Of a stretch of 64,000 bases of DNA, positions 57,542 through 64,000 are shown piece after piece. The translations under genes and the position numbers were made by a program. The stretch's first letter is position 1; each line of letters begins with the position of its first letter. The DNA comes from Octopus vulgaris (lineage: Eukaryota): assembly GCA_951406725.2 (NCBI GenBank), contig OX597835.1:48174001-48238000 (forward strand), given 5' to 3'. A model generated the notes under the pieces. That model was given only the letters and a program-made list of their open reading frames with translations, had not been told where the DNA came from and ran no database searches.

Positions 57542-57591
57542 AGATAGATAGATTGATAGATAGATAGGTAAATCGATGGTTTAAATATTGG

Positions 57592-57625
<34 letters not shown>

Positions 57626-57679
57626 GTGTATGTGTGTGTGTGTGTGTGTGTGTGTAGGAGTAAAAGTAAGGATAAGCAA

Positions 57680-58090
57680 GTTAGGAAAGTCGATATACAA
57701 AGAACACTTAATACATAAAAAGCAAAAAATCTGTGTATATATTTAGAAAGAAAAAGGGGCCGACTTATTCAAAGCAGAAATGATATCAAGAATTTAAAAG
57801 GGTTGATTCTATTTTTATACTCTCCTTACTGTCAACACCTGAAACTTAAGATTTCTTCCATGAAGACGGAGGCTCGTCTCATCCGACGATGGAGTCAATT
57901 TACAATCTTTATTTTCGACCCCCGAATCCCCAGAAACACCTGTTGGATTTGTAACACTTTTCTTCGACCCCTTTATTTGTTGATATCCTTTCTATTCTGT
58001 GTAAGTCGGACATTTTCCTCTCTAAACATGATACAATTTTTGTATCTAATATATTAAATATTATTTGTATATCGTCCTGCCTAAACTCTC
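57680..58090. repeat. Old foldback pair (~120-bp arms)
   Basis: cgatatacaaa..ccgactta..gatatcaa..aagggttga pairs with tcgaccc..ttgatatc..taagtcgg..tttgtatatcg. Confidence 0.65.
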
Positions 58091-58149
58091 GGTTCGATAA
58101 TAATATAAATGAATAGACTAATGCGGGTCTTGTGTGAGCATGTATATGT

Positions 58150-58670
58150 TAAACAAAATGAGACAACAAAGCCAAGGCTGTGTGGAATTTTCAGGACATT
58201 CATAAAGAGAAATTTACTTTTACTGGTGTTTCTGGGATATTAGGGATATCCCTTCATCAGGGACGATGTGGGATGGTTACATAGAGAGAAATAGTAGAGT
58301 TCAATATAAAGAGTTGTTCTGGACAAGGATGGAAATACGAAGTATAAAGGGAAATAAGAGAATAACAGTAAAAATAAATGTAGGATCTTATAGTTGCAGT
58401 TCCATTATCCAAGGAAAGTGGTGTGTAGAAGTGGTAAATATTTTAAAATTTAATTTTATTCTCTTATTTCCCGTTATACTTCTTATTTCCATCCTCTCCC
58501 AAAATAACTCCTTTTATTGGACTTTACTATTTCTATATAACCATCTCACATCATCTCTGATGAAGGGATATCCCTAATATCCCAGAAACAGCTGTAAGAC
58601 AACCTTTCTCTTTATAAATGTCCTGAAAATTCCACACAGCTTTGGCTTTGTTGTCTTATTCTATTTAATA
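58150..58670. mobile_element. Inverted pair of ~220-bp HHR-containing pLTR-like arms
   Basis: 58150-58375 is the reverse complement of 58450-58670, and each arm carries an HHR. Confidence 0.85.
58554..58599 (+). ncRNA. Hammerhead ribozyme motif (mirror copy at 58219-58263 on minus)
   Basis: tct-CTGATGA-a-gggata tccctaa tatccc-a-GAAA-cagctg-TA-aga. Confidence 0.78.
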
Positions 58671-58700
58671 CACACACACACATACACACACACAGACACA

Positions 58701-58818
<118 letters not shown>

Positions 58819-59178
58819 CATATATGAGAGAGATTGTTTGGTGAAATTTTATTTAACAATAAGCACATTCGAATATCACGAGAAATTGTTTCGTGACTTA
58901 AAAACATGTAAATAATTTATATTATATATGTGTATGTATAAATTGAGCGAGTGGAACATGTAAAACTCAATTTACATGGGTTTTCCTTGCTAGCAGATCC
59001 TCTGATGTAATAAGTACTCAACGAGGGGTACTCAGGTAACTACTTATCATGCAGAAGATACCTTAATTATATGAAGCTTACATTGTCGTTTGGGAATCCC
59101 AAATTAACTCATAGAAGATGTAATTTGAAAATCACTTCCTACTTTTTGATACTAGGATCTTACAATTGCACACACACG

Positions 59179-59218
<40 letters not shown>

Positions 59219-60348
59219 TATGTATATAAGACATGCAAAAGAACATTATATCCGAGAACACAACGACGGATTATCAGTATAGAATGGTGGTGAGCTATAA
59301 CCTCAGACTTTGCCACAAGAACACGTCGAGTTCTTTACTAATCTACGCAATAATGTTAGCCTGGTGTACTAACAGGGGAACTTATAAAGTATTTTGCCCA
59401 GATTAATAACCGCTCACTAACAACTCTCTTATATATATATATATACCTATGTATATGTTTGTGTGTGTGTATGTATTAGGTAGGTCGGCGGTGACCAAAA
59501 TGGCAACTGCACTATACTTGCCTAGTGAGGAGGGTGATGAGGCACCACTGCGAGGATGAAAACCAAATCCTATCACAGGACGTACGAATTCAATAAATTG
59601 AAAGGTCACCTAATACTGTGTAGGGAAGCTTCAGTTGCTATTTCTCATGAACAGTGGTAGTTCCTGCAGCAACCATCGACAAAATGGTGACTTTGATGCA
59701 GAAAACACAGTGGCTGCGCCGGATAATTGTCATGTTGTCAACAATGGTCAGCCACAACAGAGTATGATAATAAGAATGCAGGCATTGTGTATCACATTAC
59801 TGGGAGTGAGTAACCGCCCCACCCTACCCAAGATTTTGTCGGGATATAGCTCTAGGAGAAGGAAAATTCTCATTGAAAAAGATTTCGACTCGACAGTAGC
59901 CAATGATGTTGATAAGTTATTCTTTTTGGGGATGTTGTCATCATTGATTCAGGGAGTAGGATTGGTTGGGCGCAAGGTCTCTTCTCACTTTAAAACGCAT
60001 CATACACAAGCATCGCATATTCGAGAACGAGGAATCGGTCATCGTGAAAATTGTCCCCTTCTACTGTATATGTCTCTAACTACAAATACAAGGACAGTGG
60101 ATTGACGACGACGGCTGAAAGTACTTGCTATGTATATTGTGGCTCTGTGCATTTTGAGTTCAATGTCCGCCTAGTCGCCGAATCAAAGTGACAGTTCTGT
60201 CTCGAATTGGGACAAGACAGACAGAATTAGTAATTTGAGAAACCAAAAGAAACATAATTTCCTCGAAAAGGTTGACTCTGATCACCCTATCCTCCCGACA
60301 GCAACACTCGGTCGTTTGACTGTTCTGCTCAGCAGTTCACGTAAATAT

Positions 60349-60626
<278 letters not shown>

Positions 60627-61285
60627 CATATAGTTACAAATTGAGATAGGGGTTGTAAATGCAACCCTCCATGGGATAACATATATCCAATGAGTTTCTG
60701 TGTGGATGTGTGGGTTTAGGGTTAGATGTGGATGTGGATGTTTTGCTTGTGCGGTGTGGTGGAGGTCGGGCGGCTCTCAATTGACCAACCGTGAGGAAGA
60801 TAATGATAATTTTAAATTCAAATCCAATAGTGTATTTATGTCATAAGGAAAATTATTAACTGGAACCCGGACATACATATATTCTGCTCTGGATCATAAT
60901 GTAAGAGTTATTAATAATATTATGAATGATAATATTGATAACATTAATGGTATTGACAACGATAATGATGCTAACTTTAATGATACTTTAGAAATTATTA
61001 TGAAGTAATATAATGTACTATTGACTATGTATATTTCCATCTAGGTACTAATTTGTGTATGTTTATTATCACAATATTAAGTCGAAAAACTGAGACATTG
61101 AATGTGGAACACATATATATGTTTACTAATTTATATTATTTATTTATATCATTATGTAAATGTATATATATTTTTATATGCATAAGAGTGTGATTATATG
61201 CACTCATATGTATATGTATATGTTGTATTGTGGGTATGCACCCACACCCATGTGGGTATATATGTAGACTGAGTTATATTACATA

Positions 61286-61412
61286 ATCTCCGAAGAGGCC
61301 GTATGATATTTTTGTAAATGTCTCATTTATATCTATATATTGACCAACCATAAAGGACTAATATTGGTAAAATGAGACATACTTATCTACATGGCCGAAA
61401 CAGCTGTAAGAT
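61286..61412 (+). ncRNA. Hammerhead motif with a ~100-nt extended stem II, inside a non-coding element at ~60630-61620
   Basis: atct-CCGAAGA-ggccgt..atgtctcatttta..taaaatgagacat..atggcc-GAAA-cagctg-TA-agat. Confidence 0.72.
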
Positions 61413-61702
61413 GTAATCTATACTTATACTTATATTTACTTATATTTATATACTCTTTTATATATATTCTACTTATTATACAACATTGCTCTTTTATGTA
61501 CACTTTTTTATGTACATTCCTCTATGTACACTGATTTGTTCTGCTTTTTATATTTAACCCTACAGTCTCTTATATGGTGGTTTAATAAAGTATGTGATTG
61601 AGTATTATCTGGTAATTGATATTTGATTTAGATGTATTTCTCCATTTTCTTATCTTGTATACATATATATATGTGTATGTGTGTGTGTGTATATATATAT
61701 AT

Positions 61703-61756
<54 letters not shown>

Positions 61757-61809
61757 TTGTGTGTATATATATATGTATATATACTTATATATATATAAGG
61801 GATATATGC

Positions 61810-62030
61810 GTGTGTCTTCGTGTCTGCATTTGTTCACCAACACCCTTTGACAACTGGTGTGGGTGTGTTTCCATCCCCGTAACTTAGCGGTTCGGTAAGA
61901 GGATCGATCGAATAAGTACTAGATGTTAAAAATAAAGTACTGGAGTCGAGTCAGCCAACTAAAATGTCTTCAAGGTGATGCCCCAGCATGGGCGCTGTCT
62001 AATGACTGAAACAAGTAAAAAAAAAAAACA
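61810..62030 (+). mobile_element. SINE S1 3' half
   Basis: CCCCGTAACTTAGCGGTTCGG..GAATAAGTACT..TGCCCCAGCATGG..ATGACTGAAACAAGT plus poly-A. Confidence 0.82.
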
Positions 62031-62903
62031 CTGCGACTCCCACATAGTCTAATAGAAGTTTTTAGAAATGTATTACCTAAGGTATGATTTGAACACACAA
62101 ACCGAAGTTCTAGGCAAAGTCGGTGAGATTTTCATGAAAAGTAAGGATCAAATTCCTCACAGAATGTACGTTATTGTTTCAGGAGGAAAACCCAGTTAAG
62201 CAACCTGAAAGGAAAACAAAACACAGGTTGGTCATGGGTAGATTGCCTTTGCTGTTATGTAGGTTCAGTTATATTTGACTGACGCTAAACCCCCGCCACC
62301 ACCACCACCATGACCACTACCACTACTATCAAGACTGCAGCAACAACAACAACTAGAACACCGATGGTTGTATCATACTACTTTCACAACCAAATTTGAG
62401 TGTATTAATAAAAAGACTTCATAAAAAAAAACCGTCTGTAACTCGTGAGAAAATTGGATCTATAACCAATAAAATAATCAATATATTTCAAACCAGTTCG
62501 ATATCTCATAACATATCAATACTGCGGCAACACAATATTTATTTTAATGCAGTATTATAGAAATTATAGAAGTTTTATCCGATCGATTTTCTGCCTTCCG
62601 AGAGACAAAAGTTTAAGAAGTATTAGGAGTCCTGAAACTGCAGAGTTTCTCACTGGATACACGTTTAGCGCGTACACACACGTAAAGAAACAGACAGACA
62701 CAGCAACACGTGTGGGTGGTGCCTGTGTGTCGGTGTGCATTGTATGTTAAGGTCCTTGGATACAAAAGAGAGAGAAAAAAGTACTCAATACATAAAGTAG
62801 AGTATATTCATTTAAGTGGGAGCATTAGATTTCACAGATCCGATATTTTGAACGAAGAGTTTCAATGGAAGTACTGGAAAAGTTTACATATATGTACTGA
62901 TAC

Positions 62904-62993
<90 letters not shown>

Positions 62994-63107
62994 TGCGTGT
63001 ATGCATGTATGTATGCATGTATCTATCTATCTATCTATATATATATATATATATACATTTTTCCAGAATGAGATAATAAACCAAGATTTTAGAACATTAT
63101 AAAATTG

Positions 63108-63153
63108 GTCTTACAGCTGTTTCCATGATATTTATTATATCCCTTCATCGGAG
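63108..63153 (-). ncRNA. Hammerhead motif, same family as 58554-58599 (CCGATGA core)
   Basis: ct-CCGATGA-agggatataataaatatcatg-GAAA-cagctg-TA-agac. Confidence 0.6.
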
Positions 63154-63545
63154 CTGGTGTGAGAAGATGGTTAAGCAATAGTTAATTTAGATAAGATACG
63201 AAATAGAGAGTGAAGTGGAGGAATGAAGATAGATGTAAGATATGTAGGGATATAGTATTTGTAGCATTTGCAGAATGGTATACATATAAGATTCCAATAT
63301 CTTGTGAGTTAAATAGAATAGTATTTAAAATGCTACATGCAGCACGGAATTTTATCAGTGAACATATCGCGGTCTCAAAGCGATGAAAATATTTTGACAA
63401 ATTTAAATGTTTTAAATTTTGTGTGTTTCTTAAATGGCTCATAAACGTCTTCCACGCTGCAATTGTTTTTGCTCCAGCACAATATCTCAGATTAGGTCAC
63501 TTGCTATGCAAGTACATCTCCGTAATCATCTCTATAATGTATATA

Positions 63546-63622
<77 letters not shown>

Positions 63623-63666
63623 TACATATAATAAATAGTAAATAATATATAATGTATATGTGTATA

Positions 63667-63734
<68 letters not shown>

Positions 63735-63924
63735 TTTCTTGGATTTGGTTTTCAAGATTATTTATGTGAGTTCGTGTGTTGAAGCACATGCTGCTGTGCC
63801 TGAAAAGGTTGCAAGACTCAACGAAAATTCTAGAAAAGTAAAGAAGGAAATAAGTGGAAATTTTACCGGTGAGTGTATTAAATTATAAGGCACGAAAAGA
63901 AAATGATTCTCTCCAGACATAACA

Positions 63925-63979
<55 letters not shown>

Positions 63980-64000
63980 CATATATATACGTACATACAT

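Noticed and set aside
59635-60105. 156-aa ORF
   Set aside because: No recognisable domain and a non-ATG start. It more likely lies within a decayed retroelement UTR.

Overview
This is repeat-saturated animal genomic DNA, intergenic or inside a very large intron. The repeat families and microsatellite load look like an octopod cephalopod (Octopus), but that is recognition from memory, not a database result. I could not support any host protein-coding exon, and nearly all ORF-track entries are microsatellite translations. Supported content: (i) three abundant SINE families; (ii) decayed R4/Dong-like (RLE) LINE pieces in or next to (TAA)n, a CR1/L2-group LINE 3' end, two L1/Tx1-like 3' ends and an RTE-like non-autonomous element; (iii) Penelope-like elements (PLEs, RT + GIY-YIG) and many short foldback or pLTR-like elements carrying about ten hammerhead ribozyme (HHR) motifs; (iv) a 28-bp minisatellite, very long microsatellites and a 100-N gap. 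Most notable: HHRs with compensatory A3-U8/U3-A8 cores; a three-copy element with all HHR core strands in a non-circularly-permuted order; a SINE head found with four different 3' tails; and two SINE-LINE 3'-tail partnerships visible inside the window. All alignments and folds were done by eye, and element boundaries are approximate.
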